Positions 9,420-19,459 of a stretch of 64,000 nucleotides of DNA are shown piece by piece. The stretch spans positions 50,719-114,718 of the forward strand of contig NZ_QIBY01000007.1 of NCBI RefSeq assembly GCF_003725335.1, read 5' to 3'. Made by a program: the position numbers and the translations under genes. Under the pieces are notes generated by a model. The model was given only the letters and a program-made list of their open reading frames with translations. It was not told the origin of the DNA and did no database searches. Numbering within the stretch: the first letter of the stretch is position 1; each line of letters starts with the position of its first letter. The DNA comes from Parvibacter caecicola (GTDB lineage Bacteria; Actinomycetota; Coriobacteriia; Coriobacteriales; Eggerthellaceae).

Positions 9420-11195
9420 TTAGGCAACCGCCACGGCCACCGGCCCCAAGGCCAGCGCCGGCACCAGCGTCAACGCGCCCACCAGCAAAATAATCACCAT
9501 CAAAAGCATCGTGAACAGCACGCCGGACGCGGAAAGGGCCCCTACTCCCGCTGCCACCGGCCGCAGCGCCGCCATGCGGCCCGCCAGCATCACTGCGCAG
9601 GCCAGCGGGATTAGCCGTCCCAGCAGCATCTCCACTCCCAGCACGCCGTTGGCCCACGGGGCGTCGGCCACGAAGCCGCTCAGGGCCGAACCGTTGTTGG
9701 CGCCGGCCGAAACCGCAGCGTACAGCAGGTTCGAAAAGCCGAGCGCCCCCGTTCCCCCGGCCGCCCCCTGGGCCGCCGGCACCAGCACCAGCACTGCGGC
9801 GCCCGCCAACATCACCAGCGCCGGGGCCATCACCATCACCACCGCCAGGCGCATCTCGGCCGGGCCGATTTTCTTCCCCAGGTACTCGGGAGCGCGGCCG
9901 ATCATCAGGCTGGCAATGAACACCGTCAGCACCACAAAGCCCAGCAGACTGGCCAGCCCCGTGCCGGCGCCGCCGCCCACCACTTCGCCAAGGCCCATCA
10001 GCACCAGCGGCACCACTTGCCCCAGCGGAGTGAACCCGGCCAGCGATCCGTTGGAAGAGCCATTGGCGGCCGCCGTGGTGAACGCCGCCCACAGGGCCGT
10101 TTCCCCTGCGCCGATGCGGGTTTCCTTCCCTTCCATATTGCCGGCCGACTGCTCGAAGCCGCCGGTGTACACGGCACCGTTTGCCAGCAGCTGCTGGGTG
10201 GCGGAGTACTCGGCTGCGGTAACAGCCACGATGGCCACCGCCAGAAGCGCCAGCACCGCCGCCATAAGGGCCCGGCTTTGGCGCCGGTCGCCCACCATGC
10301 GGCCGAAGCAGAAGATGAGCGTGAGCGGCAGCAGCATGATGGCCGCACACTGCAGCAGATTCGTGAGCGGGGTGGGATTTTCCAGCGCCGATGCCGAGTT
10401 GGCGCCGTTGAAGCCGCCGCCGTTGGTGCCCAGCTGTTTGATGGCCACCTGCGATGCCTGCGGCCCCAGCGGCACCACCGCTTCCGTTACCTGCTGCACC
10501 GCATCGGGGCTGTCAGCGTCCACGATGTTGCCCTGTTCGTCCAGCCCCACCGGCTCTAGCAGCTGCACCGTTTCATAGGGCTCAAGGGTTTGGGGAGTGC
10601 CCTGGGCCACGCCAATCACAGCCCCCACTAGGGCCAAGGGCAGCAGCACGTACAGCACCGCCCGCACCACGTCCATAAAGAAGTTGCCCAGGCCGGCCCC
10701 CTGCCCCTGCGCTATGCCGCGCATCAGGGCAAACGCCACCGCAATGCCGATGGCCGGCGACAAGAAATTCTGCACCGCCAGCCCCACCGCCTGCGAGAAA
10801 TAGCTGAGATGCGTCTCCCCCGCCACCGGCTGCCAGTCGGTGTTGGTGGCGAAGCTCACCGCCAGGTTGAACGCCGTATCGGGGGCCAAGCCGGAAAACC
10901 CTTCCGGGTTCGCCGGAAGCACCCCTTGGGCCAGCAGGATGGCGAACAGCCCTGCCGCCCCCACCAACGTGAGAGCCACCGCTCCCACCAGGTAGCGCTT
11001 CCAGCCCATGGACTCCTGCGGCTTGATGCGCAAAAGCCGGCCGCAACCCCGCTCCAGCGGCCCCAGCACGCGGCGCGCCACACAGGGGGCGCCCTCCATC
11101 GCCGCCACCACGTAGGCGGAAAACGGCAGCGCCACCGCCACCAGCAGCGCCACCAGCACCGCCGCCTCGAACAGCGAAATCACCAACGGGCTCAT
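9420..11195 (-). CDS. kdpA: K+-transporting ATPase subunit A
   Basis: 591-aa polytopic membrane protein, KdpA-like, directly upstream of kdpB. Confidence 0.93.
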   Translation of the reverse strand: MSPLVISLFEAAVLVALLVAVALPFSAYVVAAMEGAPCVARRVLGPLERGCGRLLRIKPQESMGWKRYLVGAVALTLVGAAGLFAILLAQGVLPANPEGFSGLAPDTAFNLAVSFATNTDWQPVAGETHLSYFSQAVGLAVQNFLSPAIGIAVAFALMRGIAQGQGAGLGNFFMDVVRAVLYVLLPLALVGAVIGVAQGTPQTLEPYETVQLLEPVGLDEQGNIVDADSPDAVQQVTEAVVPLGPQASQVAIKQLGTNGGGFNGANSASALENPTPLTNLLQCAAIMLLPLTLIFCFGRMVGDRRQSRALMAAVLALLAVAIVAVTAAEYSATQQLLANGAVYTGGFEQSAGNMEGKETRIGAGETALWAAFTTAAANGSSNGSLAGFTPLGQVVPLVLMGLGEVVGGGAGTGLASLLGFVVLTVFIASLMIGRAPEYLGKKIGPAEMRLAVVMVMAPALVMLAGAAVLVLVPAAQGAAGGTGALGFSNLLYAAVSAGANNGSALSGFVADAPWANGVLGVEMLLGRLIPLACAVMLAGRMAALRPVAAGVGALSASGVLFTMLLMVIILLVGALTLVPALALGPVAVAVA

Positions 11196-11284
11196 CGCCG
11201 ATCACCGTCTTTCAAGAGCAGCACCGCCAGGTAGCCCATCGCAATCACGCCCAGCGCGCCCACGATTGCCGTTGCCACAGCCAT
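11192..11284 (-). CDS. kdpF: K+-transporting ATPase subunit F (30 aa, single TM)
   Basis: Unlisted small ORF MAVATAIVGALGVIAMGYLAVLLLKDGDRR. Its stop overlaps the kdpA ATG (ATGA), and a strong SD (GGAGAAAGGAAGG) sits 5' of its ATG. Confidence 0.72.
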   Translation of the reverse strand: MAVATAIVGALGVIAMGYLAVLLLKDGDRR

Positions 11285-11402
11285 GGCCCTTCCTTTCTCC
11301 GGGGCCCCGCAGGGCCTTTGAACCGATGGAAGCAAGGCTATGGCAAGTGGGTTTAATGCGCCGTTAAGGTTGGCGGCGCCACGTTAAGACGGCATAAAGA
11401 AA

Positions 11403-11429
11403 CCGCCCCGGCACAGGGCGCCGGGGCGG
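11403..11429 (-). terminator. Rho-independent terminator for the upstream minus-strand gene
   Basis: Perfect 10-bp inverted repeat CCGCCCCGGC/GCCGGGGCGG, followed on the minus strand by a TTTCTTTAT run. Confidence 0.55.
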
Positions 11430-11456
11430 CAGGAGAAAGGCAGCGACAGGGCATAC

Positions 11457-12596
11457 TTAGGTTGCCACCAGGCAAAACACGATGAATGCCACTATCAGCA
11501 GCACCAGGGCGGCCAGTATGGTCCACACGGCGGGACGGGCGAAGTTCACCGTCCAGCCAATGCCGAACCGCTCCGGCAAAAACAGGCTGGCGTCTTCGCG
11601 GTTGAAATAAAAAATACCCAGCTTCCAATGGGAGTCGTCGTCGCGCAGAAGCCCGTCGCCACCATCTACCCGGGTCAGCAGCCGAGCGCCGTTCTGGCCG
11701 TACACTAAATTCACCGCCGTTGATGCCACAATTATCACGAAGACGATCGGCAACACCGCCAGCGCTGCATCGAAGATGGACAGCACTCCCACCATGGCCA
11801 GCTGCAGCAGGATGCCCACCGCCCCCACCAGCACCAGCCCCATCGCCACCAGCAAGATGGATTGGGCGCGGGCGAACATGCCGTAGGCCCAAGCGCTCGC
11901 GGCCGGCATCGAGGGGTCGGTGGCCTTTTTGGAGCGCAGGATCATCCACTGGTTGAACGTGAATATCACGGCCATGAACAGGCAGAACAGCACCGGAAAC
12001 AGCACCAGGACGAAGGATTTTTCGGCGTAGTGGACAATTTGCCCGTCCATCCCGATGTTCATGGGGATCTTCTCAGGCATCGTGGGGTAGCCAACTATGC
12101 CCAGCGCCAGAACGAAGAGGATGAAGGGGATGTACGCCAGCGCCCATTTCAGCGACAACGGTTTGGGGAAGTCCTCGGGGCCGGCGAAGCCCACGCGGCG
12201 CACTGCCTCCGCCTGCCAGCCCTGGGCTTTTTTGTAGGCCTGCACCTGCTGGCGGAAACGCAGCATCGGCAGATAGCCGCCCAAGCTGATGGCCAGCAGC
12301 CCCACGGTGAGAAGCACAATGAACACCGGCGCCGCGCCCCACGCCAGCACAGCCGCCAGCGCAACCGAAAGTAGGGCCGTTGCCGCCAGCACCCAAACAA
12401 GAAACCGCCTTTTCAAGCCCTTGAGGTAGGGGTCTTGCTGGGCGGTGTCGGGCACGGTTACGGCAAAGCACTCCCGCTTGGGCATCAGGTACGGGGTAAG
12501 CGCCATCATGATGCCCACCACCGGCACCAGCGCCCACAGCATCCACGTCAGGGCCTGGATGACGGCCACCCCTTGGTCGCTTCCGAAAAATGGCAT
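11457..12596 (-). CDS. Polytopic membrane protein, SdpI/DUF1648-like
   Basis: 379 aa with multiple TM segments. Strong SD (GAGGAGG). Co-oriented with the upstream GntR regulator. Confidence 0.55.
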   Translation of the reverse strand: MPFFGSDQGVAVIQALTWMLWALVPVVGIMMALTPYLMPKRECFAVTVPDTAQQDPYLKGLKRRFLVWVLAATALLSVALAAVLAWGAAPVFIVLLTVGLLAISLGGYLPMLRFRQQVQAYKKAQGWQAEAVRRVGFAGPEDFPKPLSLKWALAYIPFILFVLALGIVGYPTMPEKIPMNIGMDGQIVHYAEKSFVLVLFPVLFCLFMAVIFTFNQWMILRSKKATDPSMPAASAWAYGMFARAQSILLVAMGLVLVGAVGILLQLAMVGVLSIFDAALAVLPIVFVIIVASTAVNLVYGQNGARLLTRVDGGDGLLRDDDSHWKLGIFYFNREDASLFLPERFGIGWTVNFARPAVWTILAALVLLIVAFIVFCLVAT

Positions 12597-12639
12597 AGCT
12601 ATCCATGCCTCCTCTCATAAGGGAACAGTGAGAAAGGGT

Positions 12640-13146
12640 TTAAGCCAGCGCCCCTTCGGCACCGGTCGGCGCCTTTGCCGCAGCGCGAGCAGGGGCTCTA
12701 CGCTTCTCAGCAACAGCCTCTTTGCGCTTTTCGGCAGCGGAGGCCTCCTCGGGCATCATGCCATAAGCGCGAGCCGCCTGGGCCGCCGCCGCTTCCAGAA
12801 ACTCGCCCCGCGTGCCGCCGCGGGCCCGGTGGGCAAGCGCCATCTTGAATAGGGCGTCTTCCATCTTGGACTGCTCGACCTGAGCAATATCGGCACGGTC
12901 GGCATCCAGTGGGCTTGCCACCACCGCCCCCGCACGGCCTTTCATATATATGTAGCCCTCGTCCCGCAGCACCGCATAGGCCTTGTTCACGGTATGCAGG
13001 TTGATGCCCAAATCGGCCGCCAAAGCGCGCACCGAAGGCAAGCTCATACCCGGCTCCAACTGCCCTTGGGCAATACCGCTCACCACCTGATCGCGAATCT
13101 GCCGGTACAGGGGAACGGGCAGCGTATCATCCACGCTCATCAACAT
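12640..13146 (-). CDS. GntR-family (YtrA-like) transcriptional regulator
   Basis: Winged HTH reading LPSVRALAADLGINLHTVNKAY, followed by a short C-terminal region. Confidence 0.8.
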   Translation of the reverse strand: MLMSVDDTLPVPLYRQIRDQVVSGIAQGQLEPGMSLPSVRALAADLGINLHTVNKAYAVLRDEGYIYMKGRAGAVVASPLDADRADIAQVEQSKMEDALFKMALAHRARGGTRGEFLEAAAAQAARAYGMMPEEASAAEKRKEAVAEKRRAPARAAAKAPTGAEGALA

Positions 13147-13335
13147 AACGGCCTCCTCAACTTCGCTTCGCCCATAGCCCATTCTGTAATAGCGTCAGTA
13201 TAATAAAATTGTTCTACTGTGTCTATAACAGAGATCAGTTTTTCGCAATACGAAAATCGCCCGGACGAGTATCCTCGCCCGGGCGATGCCAAATATTCGG
13301 AAACCCTCAGCAGCAAGTCCTACCGCCCTCCGGGG

Positions 13336-13803
13336 CTACTGCTGCGCGTGCGCATCCTCCCAGCGTTGCAGGTGGGGCAGCAGGGTGCCCATGAGGGAAA
13401 CCGCCTCTTCCCGCGTTACCCCCAAAGCGTCCGCCTCCAGCTGGGCCGTGGCCTCGATGAACTCATCCATATCCACGTTCTTTGCCGTGAACTCACCATC
13501 CTGGTAGCACCACTTGCAATAGTGCTCGCTCACAGTGCCGTCCGCCTCGGTGCCGTGCAGCTCCGGCTGCGAAATGGGCATCGAGCAGCACTGGCAATAA
13601 TAATCCTTGGGCATCTCGAAGAAGCGCTCCAGCGGCACCCCGTAGGTGACGCAAATCAGCTTCACCATATCGATGCCGGGCGAAGTCTCCCCCGTCTCCC
13701 AGCGGCTCACCGCCTGGCGCGTCACATACAAATCGCGGGCAACCTGCTGCTGGGTGAGCCCCTTTTCGGTGCGGATGGAAGTGATCACGTCGCTCATGGC
13801 CAT
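13336..13803 (-). CDS. XRE-family HTH regulator with C-terminal cysteine-rich (zinc-ribbon-like) domain
   Basis: HTH reading LTQQQVARDLYVTRQAVSRWETGE, then CQCC...CKWC. Start at MAMSDV has an AAAGGAG SD. Confidence 0.6.
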   Translation of the reverse strand: MAMSDVITSIRTEKGLTQQQVARDLYVTRQAVSRWETGETSPGIDMVKLICVTYGVPLERFFEMPKDYYCQCCSMPISQPELHGTEADGTVSEHYCKWCYQDGEFTAKNVDMDEFIEATAQLEADALGVTREEAVSLMGTLLPHLQRWEDAHAQQ

Positions 13804-14018
13804 GGATGGCTCCTTTCTTCGCCGGCGCGGTACGCGCATCTGCGGCGGATTGATTGCGGTTGGTACCGTCGATTATGGCCCTGCGCCAAGCCCCCATCAA
13901 GCAACACCCTGTTGCGCACCACAGCGGGCCGCCCCTCAGTGGGCCCACTATACCACTGCGCCGCCGCAGCACGGCGAAGGGAACAACAGCACTGCCGCTA
14001 GGGAATAATTACGAAAAT

Positions 14019-14621
14019 ATGCCGCACAAAACCCGCGCGCCTTCGTTTACCCCCTTTGAAGGCGCCTTGCAAGAACGAGAAGAACGGAAACCCGTGGCAG
14101 GAAGTTGGCAGTCAGAAAGCAGCGACGACGCTGCCGTGGTGGAACAATGCTACGGCGATGTGCTGGCCTATTGCCGTCGCCATGGCCCGCGGGGCAGCGC
14201 GGAAGACTTGGCTCAGGAGGTGTTCTTGCGCTTCGCCCGCCAAAGCACTTACCGCGACCGCGGCACCGCGAAGGCGTACCTGCTGGCCATAGCCCGCAAC
14301 CTGTGCATCGACGCCGGCCGCAGCGCGGGCCGAGCGCCCTTGCCCGTCGATCCGTCCGGCGAAGAGGTGGCCGCCATCGCCGACCCCCGCAACCCCATCG
14401 GCGATTGGGAGCTTTCCCAGGCCCTCGCCGCCCTGGACGCCCAATCGCGGGAAGTGCTGGAACTCCGCTACGACCAGGGGCTTTCCGCAGCTGAGATGGC
14501 ACAGGTGCTGGAAGTGAGCCGCTTTTCCGCCCACCGAAGGCTCAAACGGGCGCTTGAGCAATTGAGGCAACAGCTGCTGCCGGCAGACAGCAGCGCCACC
14601 GAAGAAAGGAGCCCTCGATGA
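14019..14621 (+). CDS. ECF-type RNA polymerase sigma factor
   Basis: Sigma-70 region 2 (DLAQEVFLRFAR) and region 4 (LSAAEMAQVLEVSRFSAHRRLKRA). Start at MPHKTR is uncertain. Confidence 0.72.
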   Translation: MPHKTRAPSFTPFEGALQEREERKPVAGSWQSESSDDAAVVEQCYGDVLAYCRRHGPRGSAEDLAQEVFLRFARQSTYRDRGTAKAYLLAIARNLCIDAGRSAGRAPLPVDPSGEEVAAIADPRNPIGDWELSQALAALDAQSREVLELRYDQGLSAAEMAQVLEVSRFSAHRRLKRALEQLRQQLLPADSSATEERSPR

Positions 14622-15448
14622 CCAGCTTTCCGCGTCCCCGCGCGGCCGAGCAGCTAGAAGCGCGGCTGCGTGCACACTACGCCGCCCAAAGGACCGATGG
14701 CCGCCCCCGCGGCAGCGCCATCGGCGACGAGCAGCGGCTGCGGCAATTGGCGGCCCTCATGGCCCAAGAGCGGCAAGGGGCCGCAGCAACGCCCCGCCCC
14801 ATGGGGTTCGTCGCCTTTGTGGCCTCCCAGGTGCGCTTCGTGCCCCGCTGGACCTGGATTGTGCAGGCGGCCCTCATGGCCCTGGCACTGCTGCTGGCCA
14901 CCGGGGCGCAATCGGCTCAAGCGGTTGCCATGGGCACCAGCCTCATCGGTGGCGCCGCCGCACTGGCGGGGCTGCCCTCCCTCTTGGCCAGCAAGTCTTT
15001 CAACACCGCCGAGCTGGAGTGCGCTTGCTATTTCGACTGCGCCGGGGCCACGGCCGCACGGCTCATCGTCATTGGCTGCTCCGATGCCCTTGTGCTGGGG
15101 TGCGCGGCCCTGTGCATCCCTCTTCTGGGGGCCCTGTCCCTTTTGGAAGTGCTGCTGCACCTATGCCCGCCCTTCTTCGCCGGCGCCGCCGGATGCCTGC
15201 TCATCGCCCGCCGCGCCCGGCCTGCCAACACCCTGCCCTGGGCCCTCTGCTGGACCGCCATCGTGCTGGCCTGCGCCTACGGGTTTGCCGCCGTTGCCCC
15301 CGTCGCTTACGAAGGCACCTCGATTGCGGTTTGGGGATGCGCCGCACTGGCCGCCGCCCTGTGGCTGGCGCGCGAGGCCTACCTGCTGCTGGACTGCGCT
15401 GCCCGCGGCCTCGACGCCCTGAAAGCCACTGCCTCCCCCGTCTGGTAA
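14618..15448 (+). CDS. Membrane anti-sigma factor (putative)
   Basis: Overlaps the sigma-factor stop (ATGA). Cytoplasmic N-terminus followed by several TM helices. Confidence 0.55.
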   Translation: MTSFPRPRAAEQLEARLRAHYAAQRTDGRPRGSAIGDEQRLRQLAALMAQERQGAAATPRPMGFVAFVASQVRFVPRWTWIVQAALMALALLLATGAQSAQAVAMGTSLIGGAAALAGLPSLLASKSFNTAELECACYFDCAGATAARLIVIGCSDALVLGCAALCIPLLGALSLLEVLLHLCPPFFAGAAGCLLIARRARPANTLPWALCWTAIVLACAYGFAAVAPVAYEGTSIAVWGCAALAAALWLAREAYLLLDCAARGLDALKATASPVW

Positions 15449-15478
15449 GCCCCTCTAACACGAAGGAGATCCACCACC

Positions 15479-16348
15479 ATGGAACTGACCCTCGACCGCC
15501 TGTCCAAACAATTTGGCGAAAAAATAGCCGTAGACCGGGTGTCAGCCACCCTCACCCCCGGCGTGTACGGCCTGCTGGGCGCAAATGGCGCCGGCAAAAC
15601 CACCCTCATGCGCATGCTGTGCGACGTGCTGCGCCCTACCTCCGGCCAGATTGCCCTCAACGGCCGCAGCGTGCGGGCACTGGGGGCCGAATACCGTTCT
15701 CACCTGGGATACCTGCCGCAAGACTTCGGCTATTACCCCGAATTCACCGCTCTTGACTTCATGGGGTACATGGCGGCGCTCAAAGGCATTCCCGCCTCCG
15801 TCTCCCGCCGCCGCAGCCTGGAGCTGCTGGACGCCGTGGGGCTGCGCGACATGGCAAAGCGGCGCATCAAAACCTTTTCCGGAGGCATGAAGCAGCGGCT
15901 GGGCATCGCCCAGGCCATGCTCAATCAGCCGGGAATCTTGGTGCTGGACGAGCCTACCGCCGGCCTCGACCCTAAAGAGCGGGTGCGGTTCCGCAACCTT
16001 ATCGCCAGCTTCGCCCAGGACAAAATCGTCGTCCTGTCCACCCACATCGTGTCCGATGTGGAATCCATCGCCGACGAGGTGATTGTGATGCGGGCCGGCT
16101 CGTTCATCATGCGGGGCCACCCTGAAACCATCGTCTCCGCCTTGGAGGGAAAAGTGTGGGAATGCGTCGCCGACGCCCGCGAAGCAGCGGCGCTGGAGTC
16201 GCGGTTCATCGTGGCCAACGCCCATTACACCCCCGACGGCCGCAACGCCCTGCGCGTCATCGCCGACCGTTGCCCCACGCCTTCGGCCACCCCCCTGCGC
16301 CCCACCCTGGAAGACGTGTACCTCCACGTGTTTCGCGACGAGCTGTAA
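15479..16348 (+). CDS. ABC transporter ATP-binding protein
   Basis: Walker A GANGAGKTT, signature LSGGMKQR and Walker B ILVLDEPT. Confidence 0.92.
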   Translation: MELTLDRLSKQFGEKIAVDRVSATLTPGVYGLLGANGAGKTTLMRMLCDVLRPTSGQIALNGRSVRALGAEYRSHLGYLPQDFGYYPEFTALDFMGYMAALKGIPASVSRRRSLELLDAVGLRDMAKRRIKTFSGGMKQRLGIAQAMLNQPGILVLDEPTAGLDPKERVRFRNLIASFAQDKIVVLSTHIVSDVESIADEVIVMRAGSFIMRGHPETIVSALEGKVWECVADAREAAALESRFIVANAHYTPDGRNALRVIADRCPTPSATPLRPTLEDVYLHVFRDEL

Positions 16349-16375
16349 CCCGCCCCGCTGCAGAAAGGATGTTCC

Positions 16376-17656
16376 ATGAGAAGCCTCATATGCTTCGAGC
16401 TGAAGAAGATTATCACCCGCAAGTCCACCTGGGTTTCCGCCGTCGCCCTTTACGCCCTGCTGTGCGTGCTGATGGCGGCCAACATACTGCAAGCGGTGGC
16501 TTACGACAACGAAACCGGCCAACGCTACAGCGGCCTGACCGCCATCAACTACGAGAAAAGCATCGTTAAGCCCCACGCCGGGCTGCTCACGCCGCAGCTC
16601 ATTAGCGAGGAAATAACGGGCTACCAGCAGGAGGCCTTCGCCACCGTTTCGCCGCAAGAGGTGGTAGACCTGTCCAGCGCCGCCGCCTACGACCTGATGG
16701 AGGAGCTGCTGCCTGCCGCCGAATGCGCCCGGCTGCAAAGCCCCTACTACGGGTACCTGCTGTCTCCCTGGGCCCAAAACGGGTCCGGAGCATTCCAAAC
16801 GGCCGCCCGCATGCAGCTGGACGGCACCGACCCCTCCACCTTTTACGAGGCGCTGCAGGCCAAAACCCTCCGGCAGCTGGACGCCGGCCTCGACCCCTCC
16901 TCTGCCGCGCCGCTGACCAACGCCGAATACGATTTCTGGAAGCAAAAGGTGGAGGCCCTGCCCACCCCCTTCGAGTACGGTTACGCCGGCGGCTGGCAAG
17001 ATTTGCTGAACTGCCTGAGCTTCCTGGTGTTCGGCATGCTTGCCATCTGCATTGGCCTCACCCCCGTTTTCTGCGGGGAGTACGCCGCCCGCACCGATGC
17101 CGTTCTGCTGGCCACCCGCTACGGGCGTACGCGGTTGATTGCGGCGAAGGTGGCGGCCTCACTGCTGTTCGCCACCGCCTATTACCTGCTGTATGCGGCC
17201 ACTATAGCGGGGATCATCTTGGCCTGCTACGGCACCGACGGGGCCCATTTGCCCATCCAGGTGCTGGTGAGCACCTCCCCTTACAACATCACCGTTTCTC
17301 AGGCGGTTTGGCTGGGCATGGGCGTGAGCTACGTTATGACGCTGGGGTTCACCGGGCTCACGCTGCTGCTCTCTTCCCGGCTGCGCTCGCAAGTGGCGGT
17401 GTTCGCCATCGATGCCTGCCTGCTGCTGATCACCGGCTTCGTGGGCACCAGTGCGAAGGGGCTGCTGCTGAAGCTGTTCTCCCTGTTCCCCATCAACGGG
17501 CTGAGCGTGGGAGTGTTAGCTAAGAACTTCCTCTCCTACTCCGCGGGGCCACTGGTGCTTGAGCCCGCCACGGCCATCGCCCTCACCTGGTTTGTGGCGG
17601 CGGCGGCCAGCATCGCTGCGGCGGCCCTCATCTTCCGTCGCCACCAGGTGGCATAA
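16376..17656 (+). CDS. ABC-2-type transporter permease
   Basis: 426 aa with N-terminal TM, a large extracytoplasmic loop and C-terminal TM bundle. Immediately downstream of the ATPase. Confidence 0.7.
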   Translation: MRSLICFELKKIITRKSTWVSAVALYALLCVLMAANILQAVAYDNETGQRYSGLTAINYEKSIVKPHAGLLTPQLISEEITGYQQEAFATVSPQEVVDLSSAAAYDLMEELLPAAECARLQSPYYGYLLSPWAQNGSGAFQTAARMQLDGTDPSTFYEALQAKTLRQLDAGLDPSSAAPLTNAEYDFWKQKVEALPTPFEYGYAGGWQDLLNCLSFLVFGMLAICIGLTPVFCGEYAARTDAVLLATRYGRTRLIAAKVAASLLFATAYYLLYAATIAGIILACYGTDGAHLPIQVLVSTSPYNITVSQAVWLGMGVSYVMTLGFTGLTLLLSSRLRSQVAVFAIDACLLLITGFVGTSAKGLLLKLFSLFPINGLSVGVLAKNFLSYSAGPLVLEPATAIALTWFVAAAASIAAAALIFRRHQVA

Positions 17657-17681
17657 GGGCCGGGGCGTGGCCGGGCGAGGA

Positions 17682-18278
17682 TTACAGGAAATCTACCACG
17701 CCGCAGTGGGTGTGGTAGATGGCTCCCGCCAGTTGCAGGGCGCCCGCTTCTTCCAGCTGGCGCAGCGCCGGCTGGGCCCGCAGCTCATCCAAAGCCGCCT
17801 GCACGTTGAGGAGGCTGGCTTCGTAGGGGTCGGCGGCGCCGGCCACCACTTCGGCGATGAGGTTGGTCACCGCGGCCACCGGCCCCGCTTCGCCGTCCAG
17901 CGCCGCCTTGATGGCGCCGCAGTGGGTGTGCCCCAGCACCAGCAGCAACCGGGTGTGCAGGTGCTCGCAGGCGTAAATGGCGCTGGCGGCCTCGATGGGG
18001 CCCACCACGTTTCCCGCCACGCGGATGACGAATAGCTCCCCCAGGCCGGCCATGAAAATGTGCTCCGGCACCACGCGGGAGTCGGCGCAGGTGATTACCG
18101 TGGCGAAGGGCTGCTGGCCGTTCTCGAACAAATCTTGGATGCGCTCGGGCGACAGGTCGCGCTTGTGGTCCAGCGCCTCCACGTAAATGCGGTTGCCCTC
18201 CTTGAGGCGCGCCATGGCCGCCTCGGGCCCCACGTGGGAATCGCCGTCGAAATCGTCTGCCGTGTAGTTCACCGTCAT
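17682..18278 (-). CDS. Beta-class carbonic anhydrase
   Basis: CADSRV and GHTHCGA zinc-ligand motifs. Confidence 0.9.
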   Translation of the reverse strand: MTVNYTADDFDGDSHVGPEAAMARLKEGNRIYVEALDHKRDLSPERIQDLFENGQQPFATVITCADSRVVPEHIFMAGLGELFVIRVAGNVVGPIEAASAIYACEHLHTRLLLVLGHTHCGAIKAALDGEAGPVAAVTNLIAEVVAGAADPYEASLLNVQAALDELRAQPALRQLEEAGALQLAGAIYHTHCGVVDFL

Positions 18279-18329
18279 GAAACGTGCCTTCCTTTGGATT
18301 GGATCGCGAAACGCGTGAGGCGTGCTGCT

Positions 18330-19418
18330 TTAAAAATACCGCGCGAACAGGCCGTAAGGCGAGAACAGCAGCCGCTCGGGGCTTTCCACCTGTGCGCCGC
18401 CCAAATACATTTTGCCCTCAGTGTACACCGACGTCAGAAACACCCGCCAGTCGAAACCGGACGAGATGAAACCGGCGAGCACGCACACGAGCCCGGCCAG
18501 CAACAACACGAGGCACGCCCTGAAGAAGAGGCTGCCACCCGAGCGGCCCGCTGCAGCCACCGGCGGAACCCCGCCATCGGGTACCGCAGCGGTCGGCTGC
18601 CCGCCTGCGGACGATGCGGAGCCGAAAGTGCCGGGCACGCCTTCATCTGCGCACCCGTCGGCCGCGCAATCCGCGCTCTTCTTTCGCGCACGTCTTTTCC
18701 CGAAGCCATGCAGCGAAACCTCCACGTTCTCCTTCTGCCACTTCCACAGCGCCCGGGTGAGGGCCAACGCGTCCCGCAGCACCCACATGCCGCCGCCGAA
18801 AAGGAAAAGGGCGTAGCCGAGGTTGACCAGGCTATAGGGCCCGCTGCCAATTTGCAGCCCCCATATGGCGAACACGATGGCCACTGGCGCAGACAGCACG
18901 AAGGCGCCGCCCACAATCCAAACGCAGCCCACCAGCACCCAGACCACCAGCAAAAGCGCGAAAGCCACGATGAGCAGCGCCAGGGCGACGGCCGCAACGG
19001 CCACCAAGACCGACAGCCAAAGAGGGCTGGAAACCACAACGGCCACCCATTCGAGCGGCGAGAGCCGTCGGCTTTTCAGGCGCCCGAAGAAGCCGCGGGG
19101 ATTGTGCTTCGCGCCGTCTTCACCGGTCAGGTTGCCGTACGCCTCGGCCACCTCTTCGAAGACGACCTCGTTGAAGGCATGCGACGTTCCGCCGCCCTCC
19201 CCTTCCCGGGCCTTCAGCTCGGAAATCTTTTCGGAAAGAATCGCCTTGGCCGCTTCAGCGGGCGTGGGGGCCAAAGCCACCGCCTCTTCCTCCGTTGCGC
19301 CCTCGTCCATCCGGTCGGCAATGGCTTCCAGATAAAATCCAACCGCCTCTTCGCGTTCTGCCTCCGGCAGGCACTCCACCAGCGCCGACAGCTGCTCTTT
19401 GTATTCCCGTGAATTCAT
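18330..19418 (-). CDS. DUF1700-like membrane protein (PadR partner)
   Basis: N-terminus reads MNSREYKEQLSALVECLPEAEREEAVGFYLE, typical of DUF1700. Central TM helices. Immediately downstream of the PadR gene. Confidence 0.6.
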   Translation of the reverse strand: MNSREYKEQLSALVECLPEAEREEAVGFYLEAIADRMDEGATEEEAVALAPTPAEAAKAILSEKISELKAREGEGGGTSHAFNEVVFEEVAEAYGNLTGEDGAKHNPRGFFGRLKSRRLSPLEWVAVVVSSPLWLSVLVAVAAVALALLIVAFALLLVVWVLVGCVWIVGGAFVLSAPVAIVFAIWGLQIGSGPYSLVNLGYALFLFGGGMWVLRDALALTRALWKWQKENVEVSLHGFGKRRARKKSADCAADGCADEGVPGTFGSASSAGGQPTAAVPDGGVPPVAAAGRSGGSLFFRACLVLLLAGLVCVLAGFISSGFDWRVFLTSVYTEGKMYLGGAQVESPERLLFSPYGLFARYF

Positions 19419-19459
19419 ACTTGCTCCGAATCCTGCGCTTTCCCAATACCCCACGGGCT

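Noticed and set aside
6822-11234. Long plus-strand ORFs (6822..8843, 8224..9246, 9511..10578, 10809..11234) and the 464-aa minus-strand ORF at 8956..10350
   Set aside because: All overlap kdpC, kdpB or kdpA in other frames or antisense. They have low-complexity Arg/Gly/Pro-rich sequences.
15542-16999. 485-aa minus-strand ORF
   Set aside because: Antisense to the ABC ATPase and permease genes, which carry unambiguous motifs.
18060-19412. 450-aa plus-strand ORF
   Set aside because: Antisense to the carbonic anhydrase and DUF1700 genes. Its sequence does not look like a protein.
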